From Lama guanicoe (Eukaryota), in NCBI GenBank assembly GCA_013239625.1, contig MU054187.1, positions 18,778,711 to 18,842,710 on the forward strand: a stretch of 64,000 nucleotides of DNA, written 5' to 3'. Below, piece by piece: positions 47,731-60,500 of this stretch (within the stretch, counting starts at the first letter, position 1; each line of letters starts with the position of its first letter). The notes below the pieces were generated by a model. That model was not told the DNA's origin and did not search any database. It was given only the letters and a program-made list of their open reading frames with translations. The position numbers and the translations under genes were made by a program.

Positions 47731-48825
47731 GTGTGCACACATGGCTAGCACATGTAAACATCTCCAGGAAGCTTCTCCTGACTTCCAGTCTGGTTTCAGG
47801 CTCTTTTGTGTCTAGCATTGTACCCTGGACTGCCTCCTTCACTGGAAGGATGATTCCTCCTCCGCTGTGCTGAGACCCTCCCGCAACTAACACGCGTCCT
47901 CCACCTGTGAGCTGGAAGCCAGCGACCAGTGTCTATGCACTACTGTTTCCCCAATTCAACCTGATGAATGTTATCCACCCAAAAAGAGAGAAAGTGGACC
48001 CCCAATGGCAGATGTCACCAGCTTCCCAGTTGTGGTCAGAGTACTTGTACTGGAGCACACAAGCCAAATCAGCACAGTGACTTGTTCCTCTCCAGGATGT
48101 GCCTGGAGTAGGTCCTTCATCTGCTGCCCTTGTGTAGTCGAGTCTACATGCCACCTTCCTACCCTCGTTCTGGCTGAGCTGTGTGTGAGCAAACGGTGGT
48201 GAGGGACTTGAGTTGACACACCCAAAAGGAAGGGCTGGCAGGAGTCCTGACTTCTAGGTGCCATATGGCAAGCACATATTTTATTGAAGAAAACTAAACT
48301 TTATTCTACTTTACAAAATGAGAAGAAGCTTGGAGCAATTTTTTGAAACTCTTGGGTCTCTCAAAACTTTCCTGATGTCCCCTATCCATGGAGAAGAGAG
48401 ATGACTTCTCCTTAACATTTCCTGGCTGTCAGTTTTTCCCACCTGTCATTCTCATGCAATTTAGCTTGCATGATGGTTTTCTATATTTTTATTAACAAGT
48501 TAATGGCAACAACATCATCTTGAAAATCCAAAGGCTTAAGCTCCAGTGCTGGCTCTGTCAGTGACAAGCAGTGTGGTCTTAGGTAAATCAAGTAAGCTCT
48601 GGGCTTCCCACTTTGTAAAGTGAAACTCAAGTTTCTTCCAGTTCTCAAATCCTATCATTCTAGAAATTGATTCATTACAAAGATTTCCGCTTATTATTGC
48701 GACGGTATGGAGTAGTCAATACCGGCAAGATTTTTTAATTTCTTTTTGGCATTCTCCCCATCCCTTGCTCTGGTCACATAGGATTTTTTTCTTTTTAGTT
48801 CAGAAGAAACTTTCTTCTTTACTTG

Positions 48826-49283
48826 ATGTGTTGGTTGTCTATTGCTGTGTAAATTGCCCTAAAACTTAAGAGTTCAAAACAACAAGTGTGAACAACCTCC
48901 CAGAGAGTCGGGAATCCTGGAAGAGCTTAACTAAGTGTCTGTGGCCCAGAGCATCTTAAACTATCATGCGGCTGTTAGCAGGAAGCTTTAGTTTCTAGTC
49001 GTGTGGGCCTCTCAATAGGGCTGCTTGAGACATGGTTTCCCCCAAAGTGAATGATCTAAGAGGGAGAGAGACAGACAGACAGAGAGTCAGAAAGAGAGTA
49101 CACAGAGGCATGTCACAGTCTTTTTATAACCTAATCACAGAAGTGATGGCCCAACACTTCTGCCAAATTCCATTCTCTACACGCAGTTCCTCGAATCCAG
49201 CCCGTACTCAAGGGGAGAGGAATGAGCACCGTCTCTAGAGGAGAGGAGTTTCAAAGAACGTGGACACGTCTTTAAAACTACTA
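48826..49283 (-). mobile_element. MaLR LTR (older MLT1 subfamily)
   Basis: tctattgctgtgtaa..ccctaaaactta..aaaacaac; cacagtcttttataacctaatcacagaagtga..acttctgcca..attc. Confidence 0.75.
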
Positions 49284-50194
49284 GACTTGTCTACATATTC
49301 TTAGCTTCCTGTTTATTTGTTTTGAGTTTATAAAAGTAATCTGCATGAGTTGAAATATGAAGTTTCATTTTTATTAGAAAATTTTTGAGATTGTGAACCA
49401 AATTTTGGTTATGAACCAAATTCTCACTTGTCTCCAACTTGACTACTTGGAATTACCAAAAACTTTATGACTAAGAGAGGTATGCTTACTTCTAAATGAA
49501 CATACATGGAAGACCACTGAAGATTAATTTCATTATTACTTTACACTGATAGAATATACCAGAATCCTAGGAAAAGAAAAAAAAACACTACCAAAAAGAG
49601 AGTGCTTGTCAACCTAACAATGAATAATTCTGGGTTTTAATTGCTAATTTACTTTTGTTAATTTACAATGGGTAGTAAAATGGTTAATTGCCACTCTTAT
49701 CAATATCTGTTCTTTCAAGAAAGTTTACTGAGAGGTAGAAATACTATGCTAGTCATGAGGTTTTTGTTTGCTCTGGGATTAGTAAAGTAAAGAGAACCAA
49801 AGGCCAGTTGTAGAATCTGTGTGATATTATATGTTATCCTAATATGCTATTAGATGAAGGTTTTGCTGAATCTTTTTAAAAGAAGCTGGTATATGTCCCT
49901 TGTTTAACTTTCTTTTTAAGAAACTAGTTTCCAATGTCATAAAATAAATCTGTTATGTTTTTTATAAAGGAAGGCAACAATGGAGATCTTTATTTTGATA
50001 TTATAAATATAAGAAGTTGTTAACTTCTTGATTTCTTCTAAAATTATGAAGATTTTTTCTCTACATTCCTCTGCCATCACTGTATTTTCTTATATGCAAC
50101 TGCTTTAGTACTTCCTACTAATTAAGATCTGATCTGAGCTTTTCTCTTCAATAAAGTGCCAGATTACAGGATATTTTCATGTAGATATTTTCTT

Positions 50195-50345
50195 TTTTTA
50201 ATTGTATTTTTTTTTATTGAAGTATAGTCAGTTTACAATGTTATTTCAATTTCTGGTGTATAACATTCTATTTCTATCATACATGTACATACATATATTC
50301 ATATTCATATTCTTTGTCATTAAAGGTTACTACAAGATATTGAAA
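50195..50345 (-). mobile_element. L1 3' tail fragment
   Basis: ttattgaagtatagtcagtttacaatgtt..ggttactacaagatattga. Confidence 0.85.
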
Positions 50346-50389
50346 TTTCCTGTGTAGGTATATTTCCACTGTTTGAAAAATGATGCTCT

Positions 50390-50720
50390 GCACAGACATA
50401 GAAAACAAACTTATGGTTACCAAAGGGGAAAGGGATGGGGGAGGGATAAATTAGGAGTTTGGGATTAACAAATACACATCACTATATATTAAATAGATCA
50501 ATAACAAGGACCTACTGTACAGCACAGGGAACAATATTCGATATCTTCTAATAACTTATAATGGGAAAGAATCTGAAAAAGAATACATATGTGTGTGTGT
50601 GTATATATATATACATATATATATATAAAACTGAGTTGCTTTGCTGTACACCTGAAACTAACACAACATTGTAAATCAACTATGCTTCTATTAAAAATAA
50701 TCAGAAAAAAAAAAGAAAAT
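50390..50720 (+). mobile_element. L1 3'UTR fragment
   Basis: cacagacatagaaaacaaacttatggttaccaaagggg..ctgtacacctgaaactaacacaacattgtaaatcaacta. Confidence 0.92.
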
Positions 50721-52109
50721 GATTCGCTGTCAGGGCAGCAAAAAAGAGTAATTCCAGACACTCATCTGCTTTTGCCTTGAGGGTCCATGGTCCTTTTCCC
50801 ATTTAGGTGATCACTTACTTCCTGCAAAGATGGGCATTCAGCACCTTGGAAGCCAGTCAGCTCCATTTCTGGACACCTATCATGGTTTTATATAGAAGAT
50901 TCATCTTTAAATAGACTCCTGTCTACCTCCCTGCTCTTTTAGCTGGCTGGTTCTACTCTGCCCTCTGGAGCTGCACGGCATGGTCTCATTCCTCTTTTCT
51001 GTGGCTTCAAGGGCTTCAGATATTCTTCTCCTGGCCTTGTGCTTCTTCTTCTTCTTGTTTTTGTTCTTCCAGTGGTTCCTCGTGTGTTAAGATTCCTAGA
51101 TCCTCCCAACCCAGCTCCTCGTACTCCTCAGGCTCCCCATTTTTCAATAGTGAACTTTCGGGAATCCCATTCCCAGCTAAGAGTTTGGTCAGACAGACCC
51201 GGGGCGGCCTCTCGCCTAACCACCCACTGATCCAACCTCATGGGAGGATTGTGTCCCTATCGACAAATGGGAGGCACTAATGGGACACAACCCAAGGCTT
51301 GTTGAGTGGAATAAGTGGGATCACGTGGAGCAACTAGCCCATCACCTGGTATATATTACGCACATGGTTCATGTTAGCCACGTGTGTAATTTAAACACAG
51401 AATCCTACACTTAATAACATAGGATGGGGAAAAATTGTCACCTCGCTAAGCCTAAATACCAGAATAATATAAATATAGTTTAAATTCATATTAACTTTCT
51501 CAGCATCCTTATCATACATGGCTGACTCACACTGAGATCATCAGAACGCCTACATCTTTTTACATATGCTTCAAGTGGACCACATCTTTCTCATCTGTAC
51601 TTGAACAGTTTTTTGTTTGTTTTACTATTATTCTCCTTAATGTGGCTTTTCTTATTTACCTTGTTTCAATTCTAACATTTTAAGCACTGCTGATCATCCC
51701 AGCCTCCAGAGATCATTTTGGATTCTGTGTTCCTTCTTCCCAGCTGCACAGAACTATTGGAAAGTCCAGTTGCTGTTTGCATCCCTGCCTCTAAGACTCT
51801 GTAAGATACAGTATACTCTTTGCCAGAAAGAACAGCTTCATTCCTCACACCTCTTTTCCCCGGGAGCAGCTGTGAGTTCCTAGTGAGCTGCAGGCTTGCC
51901 ATGGTGTTCAAGGCTTCCGCGAATCCTCGGGTCGGTCCACTTTCTTGTGAGTGCCAAAGGCAGCTGACATGTGTTCTGCAGTGGGCCACTTCTCATACAG
52001 AGCTTGTCCAGTAAAACTGTGGCTAATGTCTCTTACTCCAGGCTGACAGTCATGTTATCTGTCCTCCACAATGCTGCCAAAGTGATCTATCAAAAATATA
52101 AATCTGTAT

Positions 52110-52337
52110 CTTGTAATGACCTATCATGAAAAAGAATATGAAAAGGAATTTATATATATATTTATTTATATATTTATATAAATATTTAAATATATAAATT
52201 TATATAAATATTTATAAATATTTATAAATATATATATATAAATAATATATATATATATACACATCTGAAACACTATGCTGTTTACCAGAAATTAACATAA
52301 CATTGTAAACTGACTATACTTCAATGAAAGAAAAAAA
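52110..52337 (+). mobile_element. L1 3' tail with expanded AT-only tract (about 52147-52259)
   Basis: cttgtaatgacctat..gaaaaagaatatgaaaagga [AT tract] ..ccagaaattaacataacattgtaaactgactatacttcaat. Confidence 0.85.
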
Positions 52338-52352
52338 TTTTGAAATATATAA

Positions 52353-52505
52353 GAGGGAAGGTATAGCTCAGTGGTAGAGCATGTGCTTAGCATGCAACGA
52401 GGTCCTGGGTTCAATCCCTTGTACCTCCATTACAAAATAAATAAATAAATAAACCCAATTACCTCCCCATTTTTCACCCCCCCAAAAAAAACACACACAA
52501 AAAAG
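52353..52505 (+). mobile_element. Vic-1-type SINE
   Basis: gtatagctcagtggtagagcatgtgcttagcatgc..gaggtcctgggttcaatcc..aattacctcccc. Confidence 0.9.
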
Positions 52506-53149
52506 CATAAACCTGGTCATGAGGTTCTCAGACCCTTCAAAGATCCTCCGAGGCTTGACACACCAGTACCACATAGTCCAGAGCCTGAGAACCTACCGCC
52601 TCTCGTCCTACTGTTCTGCTAACTGCCCTTTCCCTCTTTCCTTCATGTCTCCTCCTGGTTAACTTCACTGTATCTTTCAAGACTCAAGTGTTGTCTCATT
52701 TGAAGAATCTTCTGCAGGATCCCATCCCCTCCCTCCCATCCTCACTCTGGGTGAGGTGTTCCTAGAGCATCTTGGGTCCTTGTCACAAAGTTTTACGATT
52801 GTGCATTAGTCATGTTTCCACACACATCCACCGTCACTGGGCTGGAATGTTCTCAAGGGCAGGAATGATACCTTTGATGCCAGTGCAGTAGGAATTCTTG
52901 TGAGCAAGGTACAAAAACTCAATTTTGCTGCCTAGATTTTTTTTTTCTTATAGCACAATTTTATTGAAATCTCCTTTCCTCTTTAAATTCTTCAAACAGA
53001 ATATAAAAACCAAAGATAGTCTGGACAGTAAGAGTTCATCTGAAGTCAATTCTGCCCAAAGTAGTTATAATCCCAAGTAAAACTTTAATCTTCTTGAAAT
53101 TCCTCAGAAAATACGGTACACTGAGGGAAGGTTTTCTTAAAATATCCTC

Positions 53150-53692
53150 ATTAATTAGTTTCCTTAGCAAATATTTACTGAGAGCGCACTGTTTGCTGAG
53201 CCCTGAAATAAGAACTGAGTGCCAGGGTAAGGGGTGAAACCAAGTCTTTGTCCTCATGGGATTCAGAGTCTGCTGAGAGACCGGACGCTAAACAAGCAAA
53301 AACAATGACAAAATGCTAAAATATGAAGTGCCAGTTAATTGGTAAAGGCTGGATGTTGCTATAGAAACTACCAGAGGAACCTGCAAAGATAATGTGGTCT
53401 GAGTTGGCCTCACAGACACAGTGACATATAAGCTGGGTCCTAAGGTATGAAAAGAAACCAGCCACACAAAGAGTATTCCTGGTAGAGCAAAGTGCATGCA
53501 TGCAGTTCCAAGGTGGAAGAAACCTAGAGAAACATAAAGAAAGCCCTAGTGGTTTCTTGAAGCTGTGGGAGGGGAGGGTGGAGCAGTGCACAGAGGCTGA
53601 CCACCTTGTATATGAAGTTAGGATTCAATACAAAACAAAATGAGAAGCCAACTAAAAGCTTTCTTCAGGGACCAACATGATCCAATTTATAT
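53150..53692 (-). mobile_element. L2 3' region
   Basis: caaatatttactgag..ttgtcctcatggg..agtctg; gagaagcca..aagcttt..acatgatccaatttatatttt. Confidence 0.65.
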
Positions 53693-53704
53693 TTTTTAAA
53701 AGGA

Positions 53705-54877
53705 AAAATTGGTAAATTGGACTTCTTGCACAGAAGATGAAAAGACGAGCTACAGGCAGGGAGAAAATATTTGCAAATCAGATGGAGGATTGGTATTGAG
53801 AATACATAAAGAACTCTCAAAACTCAAAAGTGAAAAACCCAAACAGTCCAATAAGAAAATGAGCAAAAGACATGAACAGACATTTTGCTGAAGAGGATAT
53901 ACAGATGGCAGATAAGCATATACTGAAAAGAAGTTCAAAATCATTACTCATCAGGGAAATGCAAATTAAAACCACAGTGAAGTATCATTACACATCTATC
54001 AGAATGGCTAAAATAAAACATAGTGACAGTACCAAATGCTGGCAAGAATGTGGAGAAACTGATCACTCATGCATTGCTGATGGGTATATAAAGTGGTACA
54101 GCCACTCTGGAAAACAGTTTGGCAGTTTCTTGAAAAAGCTAAACCTGCAACTATCATATGAGTCAGCAATTTTACTCTTGGTCATTTATCCCAGAAAAAT
54201 GAACATTTACACACATATAACAATCTGTATGCAAATGTTCATAGCAACTTTATCTACTGTAGCCTCAAACTGGAAACAGCTCAGATGTCTTTCAATGGGT
54301 GAATGGTTAAATAAACCAGGGTACAGACATACCATGAATACTGCTTAACGGTGAAGAGGAAAAAACTCTTGCTACACACAAAAACTTGAGTGAATCTCCA
54401 GGGAATTACGCTGAGCAAAAAAAAGCCAAGAGTTTACGTACTATATATTCCATTTATGTAATATTCTTGAAATGAAAAAAAAATTAGGAATAAAGAGCAG
54501 ATTAGTGGTTGCCCAGAGTTAAGGAAGTAGAATAGAAGGAGGGAGGGAGGGTGGGTGTGGTTATAAAAGGGCAACCAGAGGAACCCTGGTGATGGAACTC
54601 TGGTATGTTGACTGTGGTGGTGGATACAAGATAAAATTGTGTAGAATGAAGTACACACACGCACACACACATGAGTACAGGTAAAACTGGGGAATTCTGA
54701 ATAAATCTTGTGGATCACATCAATGTCAATATGTTGGTTGTGATGCTGCACTATAATTTTGTAAGATGTCACCATTGGGTGAATTTGGATAAAAGGTACA
54801 CAGAATCTCTCTGTACTGTTTCCTACAAACTGCATGCCACTCCACAATTATCTTAATAAAGATCTCAATTGAAAAAA
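53705..54877 (+). mobile_element. L1MC-like ORF2 C-terminus + 3'UTR
   Basis: ORF 53872-54348 (MNRHFAEEDIQMADKH..IREMQIKTTVKYH..KCWQECG) is L1 ORF2 C-terminal domain; L1MC-type 3'UTR follows. Confidence 0.92.
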
Positions 54878-54963
54878 TCTCTGAAGAGAGTGGATTAGAA
54901 TTGGAGTTGAGGGCAGGGACAGTTAGAGTGGAAGCAGGGTGATGGATTAAGAGATAACTTCAG

Positions 54964-55104
54964 AGGTGAGGGTATATAGCTCAGTGGGTAGAGTGCATGC
55001 TTAGCATGCATGAGGTCCTGGGTTCAATCCTCAGTATCTCTGTTAAATAAAATCTCTAAACAAACAAACAAACGAACAAATCTAATCCCTTGCCCTACAA
55101 AAAA
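54964..55104 (+). mobile_element. Vic-1-type SINE
   Basis: tatagctcagtgggtagagtgcatgcttagcatgcatgaggtcctgggttcaatcc. Confidence 0.9.
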
Positions 55105-55143
55105 GCTCTTTTCAGAAGTAACTAATCTCTGCAGAAGATGAAA

Positions 55144-55158
55144 CATTGTTATGCTAAG
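55144..55158 (+). promoter_or_regulatory. Candidate SOX-OCT composite motif
   Basis: CATTGTTATGCTAAG versus consensus CATTGTTATGC(A/T)AAT; motif only. Confidence 0.35.
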
Positions 55159-55295
55159 CGATAACCTAAGATTATTTAAATAAAAAATCCAAGATAACGG
55201 AAGTGATGTGCAGCCCAATGCATAATCAATTGACAGGTGAGAAATACAGCCAGCAAGTCCTATATGTTCCACAAAAACAGAAGAGAAAATATTAA

Positions 55296-55465
55296 GGGGA
55301 GAGGATATAGCTCAGTGGTAGAGTGTGTGTTTTGCATGCACACGGCCCTGGTTTCAATCCCCAGAACTTTCATTAAAAAATAAATAAACAAACAAGCAAA
55401 CAAACAAACCTAATTATCTGCTCCCTCCCCCCTAAAAAAGAAAAAAACTTTAAAAAATAATAAAA
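55296..55465 (+). mobile_element. Vic-1-type SINE
   Basis: atatagctcagtggtagagtg..ttcaatcccca..aaacctaattatc..ccctcccc + A tail. Confidence 0.88.
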
Positions 55466-57713
55466 GAGGTGAAAATGCAGTGGAAATGACAACCTAGAGC
55501 ATGTGGGTGGGGTGGGGGGAGAGGCAGTGGAGAGGAAGAGAACTGGGTTTGACGTGGGCTCTAGAGTCCAGTCCTCTGACATTTGAGTGGAATCCCCCAA
55601 TTTGCAAGAACAATAACATAGTAATGATGCCAATATCAATAATGTACACTTAAACATCCATGGATATCCCTTACTCCCTTTGGCCAAAATGAAAAACAAG
55701 AACAAAGCCGAATTATGAGCAGAGACTGGGCTCTGGAGATGCCTGTGGGGTCTCATCTTCCTACACCTCCATCTCCTGGTAAGTGGATTCTGGTGCCAGG
55801 CCTCACTGCAGGGCCCAGCCTCACCAGCCCAGTCCCAGCTCCAAACCCAGTGCTGTGCTCGGGACCCTGGCCCTCTCCATCTCTGCCTTGGATGGTAAGG
55901 GGATGAGGAAGCAGGGTCAGGCTTGCTTCCCATCACCCAGGTCCCCCAGAATCGCACCATCTCATTCACACACCGCACCCTCCTCTCATCCCGTCTATCT
56001 TCTTCCCACCCCAAGCCTGTGCCTGAGATTATATACCATACTTTCAAAATGACACACTTCTACACAGGACCTCTGAGGCACTTTTATAAGAAATGTTTGA
56101 ATGCCAAACGCCTATCTGACTACTGTTTCCACGTGGAGGGTCTGGTGCTTTTCTTTGATGAGATAAAATGACTTTTCCCCAGAAAGATCTTCAGAGCCAT
56201 GAATAATAAATAATTGAAGATCTAAACAAGGTCCTAATCCCCCCCAAATAGGAGATAATTCAAAGAAAGTGAAGTACAATTTTAAAGTGAATATTAAAAA
56301 AAATAGATAAATGATAGATAAGGAAGATACAACATTTATCTACATTTATTATATTAAAAACACTAAAAATGGGGAGTAGCAAGCGGTGTAGCTGTGAACT
56401 GTTATGGGTTATGACTGTTTTCTCGTCACTGGTTCACAGTGACTTGAATTTTTAGGGAAGCTGTAGACATCTGGTCCTTGCTAACTTCCACTGTGGTTTC
56501 CAAATACCAGGCCAGAAGGAAGGATGGAAGTGATGAGGTCCAGAATATTCCTGGTGAGACTGAAAAGGACAGTTCAACTACTGGACAGTCCAAATGGCCC
56601 CTTCTCCACTGCATCCCCAACTGATCTGGTGCAGGAGACATTAGCTTCAGGATAGCTAAGACCTTGGGAAACCACTGGCAAAATTCACAAGTGTCAAAAA
56701 ATCAGTTTCCATTGGCTGACCAATGACTTACAGTTTTGGGAGATTTGGAACTGAAAAGAAAGTTCAGAAGTGAGTCAAGTATCCATCCAGATTCTTCAGA
56801 GTGGGATGGAGTATCACATTTGAAACGGAGTGGGAGGTGATGGAACGGTAAGGAATGAGACTCCTGAGGGAGAAAGATTGGAGCAAAAAAAAAAAAAAAA
56901 AACCTACAAAATCGTATTAGGAACCTGAAAACATAATATACAACTCAAAAAAAAAAACTATTTGTTTTATGATAATTTACCATTTTACTTATTTCTTTAT
57001 TCTTGAAAAATGCATTTTTAAAAAGATCTGCCTTGGAGCATAATGTGGATGTAGATATGTACACAAGCCTTTCACTGCTTAAGTATTTTATTTAAGGCTG
57101 CTCTTTCTTCCCCTTCCACCTCCCCCCGCCCCCCGCCCCTCTCCTTCTTCTGTCTTTAGGTCCACACACACAAAAAGTCATTTAAATATCACTTAAGTTT
57201 CTAAACACTTGGTAAAATTTTAAGTAGCCTTATCCTTAAGTCCGAGCTGACACTCCTTTCTTTGTGAAATCTTCCTAAGAGACAGGTAGTGTCTGCACCC
57301 ACCCCAGGCCCCAGTTTTTTTCATTTGACAGTAAATGTTTGCTTCCTCATCAGACCCCTTTTTTTTGTTCACAGCGGGAACCGTGAGGGCCTTTTCTCAC
57401 CTTTGTATTTCTCGGATTTCCAGGACCTGTAACATAGCAGGCTCAGTAAAAGTCTGTTGAATAAAAGAACCTAAAAAAGTACCCAGGAGGTTGGATAATT
57501 AAATCATTAGCTCTCTGGTCACATGGCTTGCAAGTCCCTTGACAAAGTCCCAGAAGAAGAAAGCATCACTGGTCTCACTCTTCATTGTATCATGTGCATA
57601 ACAGCTTCTAGAAAATACTATTGAATGACTTGTAGCTGGGGTGGCCGTGCTGAGACTATGACTAAGAGATGATGACCTGCCAGTGATGTCTACCGCATTG
57701 AGCTTCCTGAGCA

Positions 57714-57714
<1 letters not shown>

Positions 57715-57778
<64 letters not shown>

Positions 57779-57789
57779 CATCATCATCA
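57715..57789 (+). repeat. Compound microsatellite (TTA)21(TCA)4
   Basis: Read directly. Confidence 0.97.
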
Positions 57790-57949
57790 TTAAGAAGAAA
57801 AACAAGCTGTTCCCATTGCAGCACGGCAAAAGTAATCACCCAACCCAAGGTCACTGCTGTAAGCTATAAGCTGATAGGTCCCACTGAAACCTGCTCTGGG
57901 GGAACTTGGATGGACTCGGATATTCACAATATGAAACATACAAAAGTTA

Positions 57950-58305
57950 TAAAATAATGACACAAATGAATTTATTTACAAAACAGGAACAGACTCACAG
58001 ACATAGAAAACAAATCTATGGTTACCAAAGGGGAAAGTGGGGGGAGGGATAAAATAGAAGTTTGGGATTAACAGATGCAAATTACTATTATAAGACAGAT
58101 AAACAACAAGGTCTTACTGTACAGCACAGGGAACTATATTCAATAGCTTGTAATAACCTATAATGAAAAATAATGTGTACATATATATATATATACACAC
58201 ACATATACACATATATATATACATATGTAAAACTGAATCACTATGCTGTACACCAGAAATTAACACATGACTGTAAATCAACTATACTTCAATTTTTGAA
58301 AAAGC
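57950..58305 (+). mobile_element. L1 3'UTR fragment
   Basis: acaaatgaatttatttacaaaacag..agactcacagacatagaaaacaa..gtaaatcaactatacttcaat. Confidence 0.92.
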
Positions 58306-58334
58306 TATAAAATACACACAAACATAAACAATCT

Positions 58335-59350
58335 CAAACTTAAGGAAAATTTGCAAGTACAGTACAAGAAACATTTTTTCCTTACTCATTTGAGAGTAAA
58401 GAGCTGACATCATGCCCCGTTACTCTCCAATACTTTAGTGTGTATTTCCTACAAATGAAGACATTCTCCTATGTAACTACAATACAACATTAAAATCAGG
58501 AAATTAATAATGGTAATTTACTGTGATAAAATTCTCAGGCTCCATTCAAGTTCCTCCAATTGTCGCAATCATGTACTTGGTTAGAAAATGGTACATGTTT
58601 ACAAGCCATTTATCTTGTAGAATGTTCTTCAGTTTGGGTTTATCTGATGCTTCTTCATAATTAGGTACCTGTTACACATCTCGGGCAGGAATATCACAGA
58701 AGTGGGGATGTGTTGCCATTTTATCCTATTAAAGCAACTCATGATTTGCGTTTGTACTGTTACTGGTAATGTTAACTTTGATCACTTAAGTTCCTGTCTG
58801 CTCTGCTTCTGCACTGTGAAATTACTTTTTTCTCATTGTAAATAATAAATATTTTGTAAGGAGGTTATTGAGATTACATAAATATCATTCCTCATCAAAT
58901 TATTAATTTATTCACTAATTTTTTGATATCTGTATGAACGCATGGCTTCCTACTTTATTCTGCAATTATCTTTGTTTATTTGGCTACTCAAATTGCCCCA
59001 GATTTTTCCAGTAGGAGTCTCAGCAAGGCGGCTGTCTGTCCTCAACATATTTTGAGCATTCCTTTATTTCAGGTTCAACAAGAGGTTCCTGTCTCATTTT
59101 GTGCTTTCCCTACCCCAGTACTAAAGTCAATCAATTCTCCAAGGACCTCTGAAGAATGGTGCCTAGAAGCCAAGATCTGGATGCTACATGTACTCAATGC
59201 TATTGGGGTACCAGTGCTTCCAGAGTCCTCTCAATGGACAAAACTAGGAATATACATATTTGAATCTCTCTCTCTCTCTTTCTCATCTGTCTACTGAGAA
59301 CTGTGAGTTCACTTCATCTCCAGTTCTAGCCTAACACCATTATCCTTAAT
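58335..59350 (-). mobile_element. Old L1 (L1MC4/5-like) 3' region
   Basis: aatactttagtgtgtatttcctacaaatgaagacattctcctat, gttaactttgatcactt, ctcaaattgccccagattt, gccaagatctggatgcta. Confidence 0.75.
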
Positions 59351-60393
59351 ATTTTCATGCTTGATCAATGTCTCTGTAGGTAAGCACTCTCCTATAGCTG
59401 ACACAACCACCTTCATCCCAGGTGGATACCCTCTTTGCCACCCCCATGCCGGAAGCCCCTTCACCCTTCTCACCTTGCTTGTGCCACTGCACATCTACTC
59501 TTGCACCCACACTATGCACAGTCTTGCTCGATCCCACCTAATAAATTTTGAACTAAGTTGAGCATGGCTCGATTGTTAGTCTCTTGACTGTGTCTGTGAC
59601 CTCTTGATTTCTGGGTATGTATCTTAATATAAATGATGGTTCCAGACTACAAATTTTGCCAGCCTCCTCTCAGGAACAATGGAGTCCCACTCCAGCCCAG
59701 AGATTTAAGCTATGGATCTCATGCTACTCCAATGTCTTAAATGGGGCATCTTTATTTCCTGTTAGTCCACAGGAATCACATTTCTGGCCTGGCCTGATTC
59801 CTCGCAGACCCAGAGCTTGTCAGGCCATGGTTCCATCATACTCACTGCTCTAAACATTCTCCATTTCTGGTCCATAGATACTGGACTCTTGTTGTAGGTA
59901 CAGTCATATCTTTACAGTATTCTCTTTTTGTGCTTTACCTAACATTGCTATGCAAGTTGACTACGAGAAAACTATACAGAATCTGGGAAGAGTTAAGAAA
60001 TGGGAGAGAGTTTCTGTATCTTTGAACAGAATGACAATATAGGTGTAGAAAGTCAAAGTGCCAAAATCCAAAACCTTCAGAAGTTTGCTCAGGTTGCTTA
60101 TAGAGCCAAGAAAGATGGTGGTTTTGGGGGCTAGCTTATGCAGACCATGTAAATTTCAAAGCTATTCTCATCCACCTACAGGGTGTGTCTACAATTCCTG
60201 TGTAACCAGTCCAGTACATATGGCTATCTCTTTCCAAGAGAATATTTGATGAACTCTGCCCAAAATCTTACTTATGGCTTTTCCTTTTTTTAAGATTCCA
60301 TACATACCACCTCCTGCCAGTTTGAACATATTTTTTCTTTGTTAGAGTGTAGTATAATTGATCAGGTAATCGCTTTCAAGACTCCTCCACCCC

Positions 60394-60500
60394 AGGGGGT
60401 GGGGGTATAGATCAGTTTGTAGGGCACATGCTGAGCATGCACGAGGTATTTGGTTCGATTCCCAGTACCTTCATTTGAAAAAAGAAGAAAAAAAAAAAAA
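60394..60500 (+). mobile_element. Diverged Vic-1-type SINE (short form) with TSD
   Basis: TSD aagactcctccaccc (60378-60392) / aagactcttccaccc (60501-60515). Confidence 0.85.

Noticed and set aside
53872..54348. 158-aa ORF as a host gene
   Set aside because: It is the L1 ORF2 C-terminal remnant within a truncated L1
55373..56047. 224-aa minus-strand ORF
   Set aside because: Non-ATG start, low-complexity composition and C-terminus read from a SINE tail
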